A stretch of DNA of 64,000 bases from Paraspadella gotoi (Eukaryota; Animalia; Chaetognatha). Made by a program: the position numbers and the translations under genes. The DNA lies in contig CM119265.1 in the NCBI GenBank assembly GCA_051294375.1, positions 23,304,776 through 23,368,775 of the forward strand, in the 5' to 3' direction. Shown here piece by piece: positions 48,277 through 61,660 of the stretch (position 1 is its first letter; the number at the start of each line of letters is the position of its first letter). Below the pieces are notes generated by a model. The model had not been told where the DNA came from. It saw nothing but the letters and a program-made list of their open reading frames with translations, and did not search any database.

Positions 48277-51083
48277 TCATGGGGGAGGCGAGTCCTCCGG
48301 CGCCCCGTCAAGAAGTTGTAGGACAATGCCGTCGAGATCCCCGGGGGTGGAGGGTGAGTCCCCTTCCAAGAGGAAAGGGAAATCCGTCACCAGGGTCTCG
48401 ACTTCTCGAAAGGTGGGAGATGGGGGCATGACCGGATGAAGAGGAGCTAGAATGGAGGCCGGATGGGAAAGACCGGATGGAGTGAGGCTCTCCACCATCT
48501 CGTCGATCCAAGACTCGGACGACGGGCATGGAGCCGACTCCTCGTCATCAATCCAGTGGATGAGGGGGGGCGGCCAATGGATCGCTCATGGTGGAGGGCG
48601 GAGGCGGAAAATCCGGAGGCGGAAAATTGGAAAAAATGCCCTCTGCCGGGGGGAGACTCTTGGGGCGACGAGGGACCGGAAAGGTGATCTCCGGAACAGA
48701 GGTCTCCGGAACCGGAGGGGTTGAGGATGAATCGTCTCCGGGATGATATAAATCGAGAGGAGGCGTCGGAGTCTGGAGAAGAGGGAGAGCTGACGCCTCC
48801 ATACGAAGAGGTAGAGGGGGTTCAGGGAGAGCAGGAGAGGGAGTGACCTCACTCTCCTGCCAAACATCTCGCGGCGTCGCGACGCGTTGTGGGGATTCTG
48901 AAAGAATGTTTCTTGGGGATGGAGCCTGGCGCCCCCCGATTGGGTCTGTGGAGGCTGGGGAAGAGGAATCCGAGTTGAGGTCCGAGTCCGGAGAGTTGGA
49001 CCTCAGATCCCTCTCCCCTGAAAGAAGTTGATAGGGAGGTCGGGGATGGATCAGGGATGGGTGTGGGCACCAACATGCCCTGGTTCGCAAGAATATCCCC
49101 GGGGAGGAAATTGAGATTCACGGTCTCCGCCACCCAGCTCCTACTTTCTCCCCGAATTGAAGTGGAGTAGCGGGGAGCAGGTGGCGCCACGTGAGGAAGA
49201 GAATTGGCGCCGAGTCAGAAGTGGGGGCGTGGAAGGGCGCGAGACCGCGTCCGGGATGGGCGTTGGAAGGTGGTTGGTACCTAGAGTAAAGAGAAAAGAA
49301 ATTTAATGAAAAAAGAATGGATAAATTGTAAACAAAGCATAAAATGATGGAATTCTGAAATAACATACGGGAAAGGGGGGTCCTCCGAGTGGAAGATAGT
49401 GCTTGGCTCCACTATCTCGAAGGTGCCGCGTTGAGGAAAAGGGGAGGTTGAGAGGCCGAGGGGAGCAGGAGTCATCATTGCGGGTACCCGAGATCCAAGG
49501 GGAGCCGCCGAAAATCCACTGCTCCCACCGGATTTGACGCTCGGCGTCCTCCGGAAACTGACGGCGCGGGTGTAGGAGCCGAACGACCAGGGCTCCACAC
49601 CACAGAATGCTGGGAGCGCCGGGGAAGTACCCACATAGTTTCCGGGGACGCCGATGCAGCCCCGCAGATCCTCGGTGGCCCCGACGGGCGGATCCCTGTC
49701 GACGCGCCACCCATGTGGGGGAAAACAGAGGGCAACTGCGTCGACGCCCGGGTAGCTGAATAAGTAGAAAGGAAATCGAAATGAAAAGTTGAGAGGAGGA
49801 CAGAATAATTATTTTAACTTGAGAGTCAAAGTTAAAAGTCAAGTTAAGGATAAAATATAAATTTTAAATCGATTTCAAATTGAAACATAAGTTTAACGAG
49901 TTATTAGTGTTAGTCGAATGGTGTGTTTTAAACAAAATATCAAGAAAAGCTTACCACAGAGTCCCGAAGCGAAGCCGCGCCGAGGTGATAACATCCTGGG
50001 GGGATCCCGCACTCCGACGTGTGCATCTCCTCTATAACGAATAGAGGAGATCGCGCAGTGGCAGGTCTGTCGTTCTCGAGCGACGAAGACCCCGCCGCCT
50101 AGGGTCATGGCGGCGGTGAGACGTAGCTCGGAGTCAGAACCTCCGTATGGAGCCGAGGAGTGTAGGGAGCCAGGAGTCCAGGGCGTGGGGCCGAATAAGT
50201 TCGAAAAAATGAGGGACAGGACAGCGGACGCTTATAGTGGGGTCCTGGACCTCGACGGGCGTTGCGGAGAGGCCGTGAGTGAGAAGTGCCGGCGGCCGAG
50301 GTGGTAAAGACTCTGGAATGGCCAGGGGAGCACCATTTTCGTTGAGGGCCCGGATGGCCAGGCCACCGACAAAAATATACTCTCTGTGAGCCCCGCACGA
50401 CGAACTAAAAAAGCAGAAGGAAAATGTGGGAACTTTTAAAAAGAGAGGAATAAACCAAAGGAACATCGAAAAGAAAATTAGAAATAAAAATGAGCACCGA
50501 AGTAACCCGGTATTGTATAAATACAAATAAAAAAGCTAAAAATAAAAACCGAATTCCTTAAAAAATAAATGTCGTATGTACGATTATAACCCAAATGAAT
50601 AATCAAGATTATTCCTGTCATTAGACGTAAAACATATTATTCAATAGTTATTTTTACGTGACTTAATAATCTCTTTGTTTAGAATGATAGTTAACAAAGG
50701 AGAGCTTTCTCCAAAAAAGGATTTATCGAGCATTCCGTTTTCGATCAATTTGTCTTAATTAATTCTTAACTATTGATTATTGATTATTGATTGATCATTT
50801 CGTCTTTTAATCAATTTCAACCTAAATGTTGTACTGTCCTTATTATTATAGTAACTTTCTAAACATGGTCAAGTTTTTGAACTTGTATGGAACTTATTAT
50901 TGTTGTCATAACAAACTTAATAGCCCACAATATCCAAAATTTAATATGTTATATTTGTGAAAACGCCCTACTACATTTGTTGTAATACTGTAATTGACAC
51001 TTGTGAATGTACTGTACTTACATGAGCAGGAGCCAAGAGGCAAGGGCCAGGATGCATGAGCCGAGAGTGAGGAGTGAGGCCAT
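48277..51083 (-). pseudogene. Antisense ORF1 copy 5 (51083-51022, 50404-49955, 49755-49369, 49280-48277)
   Basis: MASLLTLGSCILALASWLLLI-SSCGAHREYIFVGG; conserved GT-AG sites; scattered indels. Confidence 0.8.
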
Positions 51084-51996
51084 GGTGGGGTAACGAGAGA
51101 AAAATAAACGATAAATTTGTGAGGGAAAAAATTTGGTGTCGGGGAAAAAATGAAAATGAGTGAAAGTGATCTTACCGTCCTTTAAATAGGTGGCATCTCC
51201 CCCGGCCGATCTTTCAATAAAGTTAACTTGGGTGGCCAGGTTGAAACAAATGAGGTGAGATACGTCAATTTGACGACATCGTAATGAAACGATGAGATCG
51301 GGAACCCTTTCTTCGCTGAGGAACAGCTGTTTTTCTTTGTGGGGGAGGGTGTAACAGATTGAGAGAGAGAGGGAGTTCCAAAAGGAGGAACGGAGATAAA
51401 AAGAGGAAAAGGCGGGACGCCAGCCGCGTCGCGCGAGAATCGCTCGCCGCTTTTTCCGAGAACCGCTCGCCGCTTTTTCGGAGAAAGGAGAAGGAGATAG
51501 AGACAGGGAAATAGAAGGAGGAGAAGATATAAAAGGTGAAGGAAAAGGGAGAGCGGAAGGAAGCAGTGAAAAGTAAAGGAGAGAAAAGTCGTAGACCACC
51601 ATGCTGTAAAAAATTTCCTTTTTGTATTATCTACTTGTAATAAAAGACTAAACAAATAAACTCAAAACTACCTTCTTTCTTCTAAAAACTCCCACGTTAT
51701 AACTAAACGGTTCACGCCGAGCTAGCGAGTTGTTTGTAGCGTTAGATGCTACATTTAGTCATTTTCCCATTAGATTATCACTTCTTTTCTACTTCTCTTA
51801 CATCGTCAGTTTCGTCACAATTCTTCACCTTCTCCTCACTTTTATTATTATTATTTTCGTCTTCTACACTACTTACCTTTTTCATATTACTTTGTTTTGT
51901 TTGTTTTAATTTGTTTTCTTAAATTTACTTACCAACGAAACGAAAGAAAAACCATCAAATAACATAGCTATAAAATATAAACCTAAAAATGTTCAG

Positions 51997-52082
51997 ATGG
52001 GTGAAACGGCGATGGTCCACGCCATGACGACTCGATCTGAGTGTAATCTCAAATTAGGAGAGACTGTCGTCATCCCTGAAGG
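51997..52082 (+). CDS. Putative host exon
   Basis: TTCAG acceptor, open frame, GTAAGA donor. Confidence 0.4.
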
Positions 52083-52099
52083 GTAAGAGATGATAACTT

Positions 52100-53360
52100 A
52101 CCTAAAACTTACCAAAAGAGGTACCTAGTGATATTCTGGTCTGCTCAGGAACTGAATCGTTGTCATCGGGGGCTCGGTAGGTCTCGTGCGGAGCCGGTGG
52201 CGCCGCGTGGAAACGCGTGAGTGAATCGTCACTCGCTACACTTCCGGTTCTCCTGGAGACGTCGTCGCTGTTTCCCCGAAGCGGATCAGTTCCCTTGAAG
52301 TCGTCGGAGGGGTTGAGCTCGGCCCAGCCTTCGTTTAGGATGAGGCGGGGGACGAGGGTGATGATTGAAACGGTGCGGGGGGAGAGCACGGTCCCTTTCT
52401 TTCTCCCCCCCCTTCCCAGGCTTCTTTCGATCCTTACTTGGTTGAGACGACCGTGGCTTGAAGCGAGATCCGGAGTTCTTTGGGCGTTTCTCCGGATGTA
52501 TCTTCTAACAGTCGTCACGACGGTGTCCGGCGACGCGACAGTCCCAGTACGCTCCGGTGGCACTTTTGGAAGCGGCGCTGCTGGAGGCGCTACTCCCGGA
52601 AGAGCCGACGGCGTGGACTACAGCCTTCGACTCCTCGGATTAGCCTTGTGTCTCCTACGATCCAAGAGGGCCTCTTAGATTTCTCATGAACACCTCTCTC
52701 ACCTTCGTCTCGATCTGGGAGTTGTCATACTCGCGGACGGCGAGCGTTTGAAGGCGAGCTGCGTACATCAACATCGTCTCATCTTTCTTTTTGACTGCAC
52801 TTTCCAACTCGTGGCGTGCAGCTTCATCCAATGACGTCTCGAGACGGTCAAATAGGTGATCACGAACCTCATCTTAAGTGGCGTCCGAGCCTGCTGCTTT
52901 CCGGGCTTGTATATAGTTTGTGGCCATGGTGCCCGGAACTCCGTTCAACAATGCAACAAATTTCCCTCTCCAAACCTTTCGCGCCATCTCACTGGATTCT
53001 GCCTCTTCCTGGATTCATCGGACCCAGAAACCGGCGCTGACGAGGGAGGAGAAAGTTTGGAGCGCAATAAACGTTGGAACGGGAGCGGGCGGACACGCTG
53101 AAGGCGGCGCGGGCGGCACGCCGGTCGGTGCCGGCGACGCCGGAAGTGACGCGGACAACGTCGACGTTACGGACGGCGCTCTCTCGGGCGGCGAGAAAGT
53201 GACAGTAGGAATCGCGACATCGGGCGGAGCAATGACTTCTCCTGTAGACAAGAGTACCTGCATCGTCGATGCGAATTGAGTCGGCTGCTGTTGCATCTGC
53301 AGCATTTGCGCCACCATCTCTCTGAGGAGCGTCACCATCGTCTCCATAGTCGGAACTGGT
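52100..53360 (-). pseudogene. gag: gag remnant
   Basis: Homologous to 20126-21239 (VTFSPPERAPSV, KVWRGKFVALL, ETMLMYAARLQTLAV), with a stop and deletions. Confidence 0.8.
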
Positions 53361-53616
53361 TCAATCTTATTGTCATTCACCTTAGCAAAAATCCTGGATT
53401 GATGCCCCTTACTAGTTTTCCACCCGCCTAAAAAACTAGTAAGGCACCAGAATGGTTGGCGCGAGGGAGGACACCTTTTTGACGTGAGATCCACTCTAAA
53501 AAGAATAATTTTTTATGCATGATTGATATTTATAAATAAATATTAAGGAAGTAGAAAGTAAAATTAACCTGGTGGGATGACGATCGGAGTTGAACTTTTC
53601 CCAACCAAATTTTTTT

Positions 53617-54400
53617 TCATCTTCTTCCCCTCATTGCCCCTAATTGCTCGTTCTCGCCGTGGATCATCGACGACTGTGACGCCGCAGAGGCCAAGTCCTG
53701 CTGCAATTTTTCATTATCCGTCCGCACCACATCGAGCAACTGAAGGCGCTCTCGTACGGATTTTATTTCGTCCTCCTCGGATGAGTCCGAATTGAAGGGG
53801 GGCGGCGTTTGACGCCGGACGGAAAATTGTGGGAGCGACGCCCACGATTCCGAATGGGGCGTTCGATCAGCGCTCGGGTCACGTGATCGGGAACGCGCAC
53901 GTTGCATCGTCTGCCGGCTGTAATCCAGGGAATCTGCACGTGAAAGGCCGCGGCCGCGCGGTCTCGTCTCTTCCTTTTCTCTGTCGCTCTCCGGAATCAC
54001 TTCCGGTGGCGCCGCGATCGCCTTCTGTGGCTTCTCCGGCCGGCACAAAGGGACCTACTCTCTCTCTATACGCTGCTCTTCCGGCGGCGGCTGCGACGGC
54101 GGACACGTGAGGTCCTTCGGCTCAGACAGAGACGTCGGCGGTGAGCTCCCGCACGTCGCAACGCGCACCTCCCCCTTTAGGTTCGAGAACCTGTGAACTA
54201 CCTCCCGACTGCCGTCCGGGAAGACGTCGACACGATAGGCGGCGTTCTGCGTTCTCGGTAAACGATAAGCTGGCGTGCTGCAGCACCTGCGGCGACTCTG
54301 ACGCTACTGGCGGGTGGAGTAGCCAAAACTCGAATATTTCCCGGAGCTGTTGGCGACTTAGCTCGTCAATCATCGCGCCATCCTGCGTCTCTCTTCTCTC
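53617..54400 (-). pseudogene. Probable retroelement gag N-terminal/coiled-coil remnant
   Basis: GC-rich ORF pieces (RARSRSRD..., coiled-coil-like LQQDL) downstream of a tandem-repeat leader. Confidence 0.35.
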
Positions 54401-54407
54401 TCTTTTT

Positions 54408-54655
54408 TCAGCGCGGCCCTTCTCCTGACAGAGAAGTCCAGGGAAGAAAACGCCGTTTCCCTTCTCTTTCACTCTAGCGCGGCCCTTCTCCTGTCAGAGA
54501 AGTCCAGGGAAAACGTCGTTTCCCTTCTCACTTAGCGCGGCCCTTCTCCTGTCAGAGAAGGCCAGGGAAAACGTCGTTTCCCTTCTCTTTCACTCTTCTT
54601 CTGCAGGGCCCTTCTCCTGGCAGAGAAGCCCGGGGAAAAGCGTCGTTTCCCTTTG
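54408..54655. repeat. ~55-65 bp tandem repeat, 4 units
   Basis: GGCCCTTCTCCTG..AGAGAAG.CC.GGGAAAACGTCGTTTCCCTT repeated. Confidence 0.9.
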
Positions 54656-54714
54656 GCGTTCCTGAGGAAAAAATTGGTTAACGCCTTCCTGCCCTGCCTT
54701 CCTTTCTTCTCCGC

Positions 54715-55140
54715 TCTTAGATATTTGACAAGCAATCTCGATAAGTTTGGAATTAATAAATAATGATCCGCACTTCCACTTCCACTAATACCATCTTCAT
54801 AACCTTTTCGTTTTGAAATTCTCAAAGGATAAAAATGCTTTTTCTTTTTCTCAAATTCCGCGAATAATTTGGGTTCGTTTATAATTTTCTCATCGTCAGT
54901 TTCCTCATCCTCGGCGTAATCAGTACCTGAGTACCTCGTAATGGTTCAGACTCATCTTCATCAATTGTGAAAACATTCATTGCTAAATTTTCATTTAACT
55001 TCTCCAAGCATTCAATTTCTCTCAAACTTATAGAAAAAATTAAACCCTTGGTATTTACTTTATCCATGTATTTATAATATTTTGATGCTCGATTAGCATT
55101 GGAAGATTGTGGAAACATCTTGGCCAAAATGCACATTTTG
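54715..55140 (-). pseudogene. Second Maverick/Polinton-type PolB N-terminal fragment
   Basis: YYKYMDKVNTKGL...LEKLNENLAMNVF...KHFYPLRIS...HYLLIPNLSRLL parallels 5900-6560. Confidence 0.72.
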
Positions 55141-55637
55141 ACCGATAGCTTAGGGCGTAATTCCCCGGGAGAAAGCAAGTGAGACAATCACAATGACCAA
55201 GAAAGTGTAGATTGTGAGGTAGGCCATCGTGATCTCGGGCCACATCATTCGGAGTTTGGCCGCCCGGTTCCTGGGGTCGTGGGTTCGAGCCCCACTCTGA
55301 AGGTATATAACAAGCGTCAGTGTGGCCCTATCTAAGCTCTCGACAGGGAGAAGAGGTAAGGTAAGGATAAATATATTGTTAAGAAAGGTAACACAGCAAA
55401 GTATTTAACATAAAGAGTAAGAGGAAAGTTTCGCCGTGAGTCTGTGAAGTTAAGCGCCCATCTACTAAGGGATTTTCTCGAGGCCACGGGGATGAAGAGA
55501 AGGCGACGACGAGGGGAGGAAAAGGAGGGGATGTTGAGAGGGGGAAGAGAAGATCCGGGAAGAGGCGAAGGGTGGCGTGTCTTGCATCCTCTAATGTTTT
55601 TACGCCCTCCATCTCTCGTCCTCCTTCTCATTTTCAG

Positions 55638-57236
55638 ACGACGCCTTTGCTTTATCCTTGGCCGGAGTCGGCGACTTTCGATCTTTACTTGGAGCAAAGT
55701 CACGAGGCCATTTTTCAGCTTTACCCTGACGGATCCATAATTGCATTTAATCGGTTCGAGAGGGACTATTAAGGGTTTAATGACAATCTTAGTAATATGA
55801 ATTTTTAATATAAAAATATTAAAACAAAAAGTGGATTTCTTTTTTTTAAAGTACCCACTTCAAAGGGATGCCGCTGTGTCGGTACAACACCCCCGACATC
55901 GTCGTTTCTCCGGACAAAGAGAAGAGAGAGAAAAAGGGCGACGATGATGACAGCAGCTCCGAATCGGACAGCGATGATTCTGACAGTTCTAACGGTGATG
56001 ACAGCGATGATAGTGGCAGTAACAAAAAGAACAAAGAATCCAACAAACACGTCATTCCAATGAGAGTCAAGGGGTGAGAAAAAATGAATAAAAAGATTTC
56101 CGATGACTGGGTAAAACTTAAGATTCCTAAATTAATTTTATTTAGGTTTGTCTGTGCTGGGATGAATCGTTTGACTGATGGGCACGCTAAAAATGAAAGG
56201 GAAATCATGATGCAATTAAAAAACACGCTACAGGGTGCTAGTGCCATGGAAGACGTTCCATTGGCGGTGAGGCATGTGGTCGTACTTAAGTACTTATTTC
56301 AAACTAGTCTGTTTTATTCTACAAAGCCAATATTGAATTACCTGACTGAAAGGTTCCAGATGCCGATGATCTTGTTATTTTTGCGGGAATGTGCAACGGT
56401 ACCATCGTTTTGGTTGATGCAATAAATTATGTTATGGATGAGCCCGTTCAGGTAAGAATTTTCTGGAAGATTTAAAAAAACATTAAAAAAGAAAGAAAGA
56501 AGAAAAATTCGTTTTTAAGCTTCTGGTTTATTTAACCCTTAGGCTCATAAGCATACTATCAGTAAGATGTTTCTTTCAAAAGCTAACAAAAAACTGGAAG
56601 ACTTTTATTTGTGTCATTTTGAGCACATTGTAACTGTTGGAACAGAAGTTGCAGGTGACTACAACTACGACTACAACTGACTACAACAATTCATAACCGT
56701 GACAATTTAAAATATATAGACGGACCGCGCTATGTTAAGATTTGGACTGTTACCTACAGTTTAGTTAAAGTGGAAGCCCCTCCGCATCTCAAGGGACGGG
56801 CAGCAGAAAGGCAAGGATTTCATTTTTAAACAGATTATTATATGTTTAACAGCTTTTAGCAGCTTTTAATACACTGATTGTTTTTAAAAAGTGGCTCGTT
56901 AACTTTTAAGATATTTTTTCTTGCCAAAATATAGATTTATTTTAAAATAAAAACTTAATTTCATTAATCTCATTAATTTCATTAATTTAAAAATTATTTT
57001 AAAATTACTAGTGATAAATAAAATAGTTTGATTTACCATTGAAAATTGTATAAATCGATGGAACGAACAACCTTTTCCTTTGCTGCAAGGTTTCTACGTC
57101 GTGGCCCCAAGTACTTTCGTCAGATCAACCTTGCAGTCTTGCAAGAATTTAACCTGGGAAACTTAACTCCGAAATTAATAAAGATGATGGGCAATGTATT
57201 GGCCTATACAAGGACAAACACCTTCAACCTTGAGAT
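55638..57236 (+). CDS. Cluster of host WD40-gene exons (approx. 55638-55752, 55852-56073, 56146-56266, 56353-56451, 56543-56654, 56720-56810, 57090-57236)
   Basis: Short AG/GT-bounded open segments; QAHKHTISKM...IVTVGTE and YVKIWTV are WD40-like; boundaries approximate, one apparent frameshift. Confidence 0.55.
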
Positions 57237-58239
57237 GTACTCCATCAAAAGTCCTGGTGGGAATTGAGGGGATGAGATGGAATTAAACGCTTTTTTTAAT
57301 GAAAAAGATCGATACACCAATTTGATTTTTCTAATTAAATTTTTTTTTTCATTTAAAAATACTAAAAAAAGTTCATTAGAATAGTTGCCTTCTGAACATT
57401 TAGGTATTATCATGTCTGAAAGTAAGTAAAGGTAAATGGTTAAAGGACTAAATTATAAGTTTTGGCTAAAATAAATTAAATCCAGCTCTTTCTCAGCTCA
57501 GGTCTCAGCTCTTATTATATTTTTGCATATTTTTTTTTCTTTTGTAGTCTAGTTATACAGTTGGTGAATATCTAAATATCATTATTATTTAAGTATGGAT
57601 GTGTAAGCAAATTTTTCATCCCATTTCTGTTTTTACTTTATTTGTCTCATTCTTGTCATCATGGCATTTTCAAATCGAATCAAAAATTAATAATACCTAT
57701 TTTATGAATTATTCAAATCACAAATCGCAGAAAATTGTTTTGATCATTGATAAAAGTTGGTACTAGTTTGGGATTTCTCTGTCAAAAAATTTTACTTCAA
57801 GCAATAAATTCAGGTCTAGTTTTATTCGCATGTTATATCAACCTGTATATTTCTTTCAGGTATAAAAATGAATTATAAAAGAACTATAGTTAAAAACTCA
57901 CTTGAAAAACGAAAAAAAAACAATTCTTATGGCCAACGGGTCCAACGGGTTTCATGAAAAAACATTCGATCATGTTGGAGGTGAGAATGAGTAATGATCA
58001 CAAGGCGAAGAAATCGATGCATTAGTTTTAATCATGAATTGATAAGTTATTGTTAAATCTAATTCAATCTATTAGGTCCTCATTCCGACTAATTCAAAAT
58101 TCAAGCTTCTACTATTTGGAAATATCTACTGGAGACTCTTCCAAAGTAAAAATTAGAATTTTTTTTCTCACAAAGCAATTCAAATAATTTTCCGAGATTT
58201 AAAATTGATTTACAACGCTTCAGGGACGAAATGGTAGAA

Positions 58240-58500
58240 CTGGGATCGAGTGAGAGATCAAGGATCGGGAATCGAGCGAAGATATCGTCGGGGATCGAGC
58301 GAGAGATCAAGGATCGGGGATCGAGCGGAGATTTCGTCAGAGATCAAGCGAGATTTCATCGGGGATCGAGCGAGAGATCAAGGATCGGGGATTGAGTGAA
58401 GATTTCATCGGGGATCGAGCGAGAGATCGGGAATCGACCCGGGATTTCGTCAGGGACCTAGCGAGAGATCAAGGATCGGGGATCGAGCGGAGATTTCGTC
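58240..58500. repeat. GATC-rich degenerate tandem repeat
   Basis: Recurrent GATCGAGCGAGAGATCAAGGATCGGGG / GATTTCGTC units. Confidence 0.85.
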
Positions 58501-59239
58501 TTCAACCTGCGTCAGATGTAGACGACGATCTGTTCTTCCGAGAGTTCGCGCCCAACGCCTCCTTTGCGAATCATTTGGGGCGATTGAGCAGACTTTTTAA
58601 ACTGCGTCAGATCTAGATGACGATATTTTTTCAGCCGTTTGTGTCCTCCTGCTCATTTCCAAATAAAGTTTGCGGTACGTCGACTTGATGGCATACGAAA
58701 CTGGGAACGTTTTGGACGCGCATTCATTCAACTCATCCTTAAACTATTGTTTTTCGAAACTGTAATTTCAATATTTTGATACCTGTGTTTTGATAAGTGA
58801 ATTCTGAAAATGAAGCTTTTTTATAGGTTGAGAATGAACTTTAACGACTTTAATTAATTTTTTTAAATTTTTTTTTATCTAAAACGAAATGTGCTATGTG
58901 TTGGTAAAAGTTGTATTTTTTTAATGAACGACAAAATTTTTTTTGCATGAAATGAACTTAAATGAAATGAAATGAAATGAACCACAAATTATTCTGCTAC
59001 AATATCATTACGGGTTTGCTTCATTTTGTCTTACAATCAGAAAGAGCTGGATTATACCACGGTTTTAGATTACTATTTATTTCATATTTCATATTTCATA
59101 TTTCATATTGGTTTTCAGAAGGCAACTGTAAAGGGATGGCCATTATGAGAAAAGAAAGCGTTTTTACTTTTTTTTTAAATGTCTTCATTAATAAAAGACA
59201 ATACTGGGTCAAACATAAATGGATATTTTTTTTTTCGGC

Positions 59240-60165
59240 GCGGTTGAAGGTCATGAGGGAGATTTGGTCAGATATCTGGAGCCTCGATATGGAGATGAAC
59301 ATCTCGCCGAACCAACATGTCTGGATTCGAACCCGACTCTAATGCTGTTTTTGTCAACATCGGAAGGAGGTCGTTATTTTGTTAATCTTCGTAAACTTTT
59401 GCCGCTCTTGAATCTTCCTAACATCGACATATGCCGGTTCTATCCTAAAATTGACTTACAATCGAATTTTGTAAATCTTTATCATTAATATTAAGAACAG
59501 TAGTTATGAATAAATGACGTCGACAACCATAATAGTGTGATGGCATAAAGTTTTTTTTAAACTCAAACGAGATTAAGCAAAAACTAACAAATATTTAGTG
59601 ACCGTCCTACTTTACGCCGATCGAAACTTAATTTGAAGAGTGAAAACTTGTAAGTTTCTTTGTTAACCCTCTTATATCAAAATTCCAAAATTCGTTTTAA
59701 CAGGCTTCTTGAAAATATGGAACAGTCAAAATATATTGTTGCGTAACATTTATTTTGAGAAAGATTATCTATATGGAGCCGGATTTATCAACAAGAAAGG
59801 TTCTCAATTTCAAAATATTATAAGCATCTTCGTTAACAGAAAAAAAATATTATTAACATTAACATAAAGGTTTTTTTTCATTTTAACACTGACTAGCATT
59901 TTTGTTAATAAAAAAGTTGATTAGCAACCTTCTTCGAGCTTCGAACTATAAATACATACTAGATAGTGATTTTTGGCTTTTTAATTCATTTCTAATCACA
60001 CTAACTTTGCGCAACCCGAAGGCGACCTCCTAGTCAGTTACGACGGCATTTTCCTCTGCATCCCCGGCGAGGCTTACCACACGCCCTTCGTGGTGGAGGA
60101 CATGCTTCAGGACGATTCTCCCTTTGTGATGGATGACGAAAGCGCGGATCCACTTCCAACTATGG
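59240..60165 (+). CDS. Further putative host exons (~59240-59368 and ~60005-60164)
   Basis: EPTCLDSNPTLMLFLSTS and FAQPEGDLLVSY...AYHTP are beta-propeller-like segments. Confidence 0.4.
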
Positions 60166-61129
60166 TCAGTAGGCCGGAACAGGTTGAAAACTAGAAGTTC
60201 TCTCAAATAAATAATGATAAAGTGACTGTTAGAGAATATGAAAATAAAAATAATTTTAAAAAATTATCTTATTAATAAGCGCACGGAAGCATTTAAAGAT
60301 TATTTTATTACTATATAAAGTTAAAAATTTTTTTGAATTTTTCAATTTTTTTTAATGGATTCTGATAGAGCTTTAAAAGTTAGATGAAGGTTATTAATAC
60401 AAAATTTTAAAATTTTTTTTGTTTTATTGATAAAAATTTTAAAAACTATAAAAATTCAGCCAATGATGATGATGATGATGATTTTTTTAACGTTTTTTCT
60501 GTTTTTTAACCAATTTCTTGTCAAAATTTTTAAAAATTGTAGTACTAACTTTCATTTTAACTTTTAAGCTCTATAGGAATCCGTTCTTAAAAACTAATTT
60601 TTAAAAAAAAAATTTTTGTCATTTGTTATATATTTAATAAATATTTAAAAGCTTCAGTGCAACAACCTAATGAACTAATTCAAAAAGTTACATTGAAAAT
60701 CGATTTAGTAATAGAAGGAAAAAAGGAATTTTTTGAGAGAATTAAAAGTTTATAAAAAGTGTTCAATTTTGACCCGCCTTAATGGTCAGCGGTTGGGCCT
60801 TATTTTTCCAGAATGCCCCATTTTATCTTAAATTCGGAATTAGCTTAATTTTTTTTACTTTAAGATTAAGTTAGAAGTTAGGGTTAAGGATTATGTTAAG
60901 GATAAAGTTAGTGTAGTAGCATTGTAGCACTGAGACAACTGTTGTCTAAGGTTAATTTGACGGGTCCTTTGACTTGATGCTGACTTCACTAGCTCAATCT
61001 ACAAAATCTCAACGCAATCTTTTTTCTTCACTTTAAAAGTTCTTTTACTTTGAGAATTTTTTAAAGTAAGTTAACACAAGTTTTTGGTTGACAAAAATAG
61101 TGACAAATAATTTATTAACTTGGAGCAAA

Positions 61130-61431
61130 AGTGTTAAAGAACATTTACAAAATTATAGAGTCAAAATAAAATTTTAGAAAGTTTAGAAATAATTATTAAG
61201 TTCTCTCCGATGCTATTTTATATTTTAATTTTATATCTTTGCTCAAGGGGAGGGGGTCGAGAATTGATTGGTGGACGGCCTCGTCGGAAAACGCGGCCGT
61301 CCTCCAATCATCACCTGACGTGTTGTCAGACGCGCGGAAACGCCTTTTTCAAAGTCCACATTCTTTAACAACGACAACAACAACTAGAATCCCGACCCCT
61401 TTCTTACGATCGTTTTTACGTGAGATGCGAA

Positions 61432-61501
<70 letters not shown>

Positions 61502-61660
61502 AGAGGAGGAGGGAGAGAGGTTGAAAGGAGAGATATTTTGAGAGAGAGTGGGAAAACATCCGGGACGGACTGGGGCAGCTGTGAAAATTAGGACGAGAGA
61601 GAGGAAAGCGAGAAGACGAATGGGAGGACGACGACGAGACGGAGGCCTTTTCCTTATAGT
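61130..61660 (+). repeat. Diverged copy of the repeat at 21270-21760
   Basis: Shared GTGTTAAAGAACA..., GAGGGGGTCGAGAAT, GACGCGCGG, GA tract, GAAAGCGAGAAGACGAA. Confidence 0.75.

Larger units (their letters stand above)
39674..51753 (+). mobile_element. Large, rearranged Gypsy element: truncated 5' LTR (39674-40033), pol remnants, antisense cassette, PPT, 3' LTR (51350-51753)
   Basis: The two LTRs share private variants (doubled GCTCGCCGCTTTTT, AAAACTCCCACGT); flanks ATTA/TTTA are a near-TSD. Confidence 0.75.

Noticed and set aside
55258-55300. tRNA gene or PBS (GTCGTGGGTTCGAGCCCCAC); similar B-box-like piece at 41611-41640 on minus
   Set aside because: Only a T-arm-like fragment, with no full cloverleaf or adjacent LTR end; at most a SINE relic
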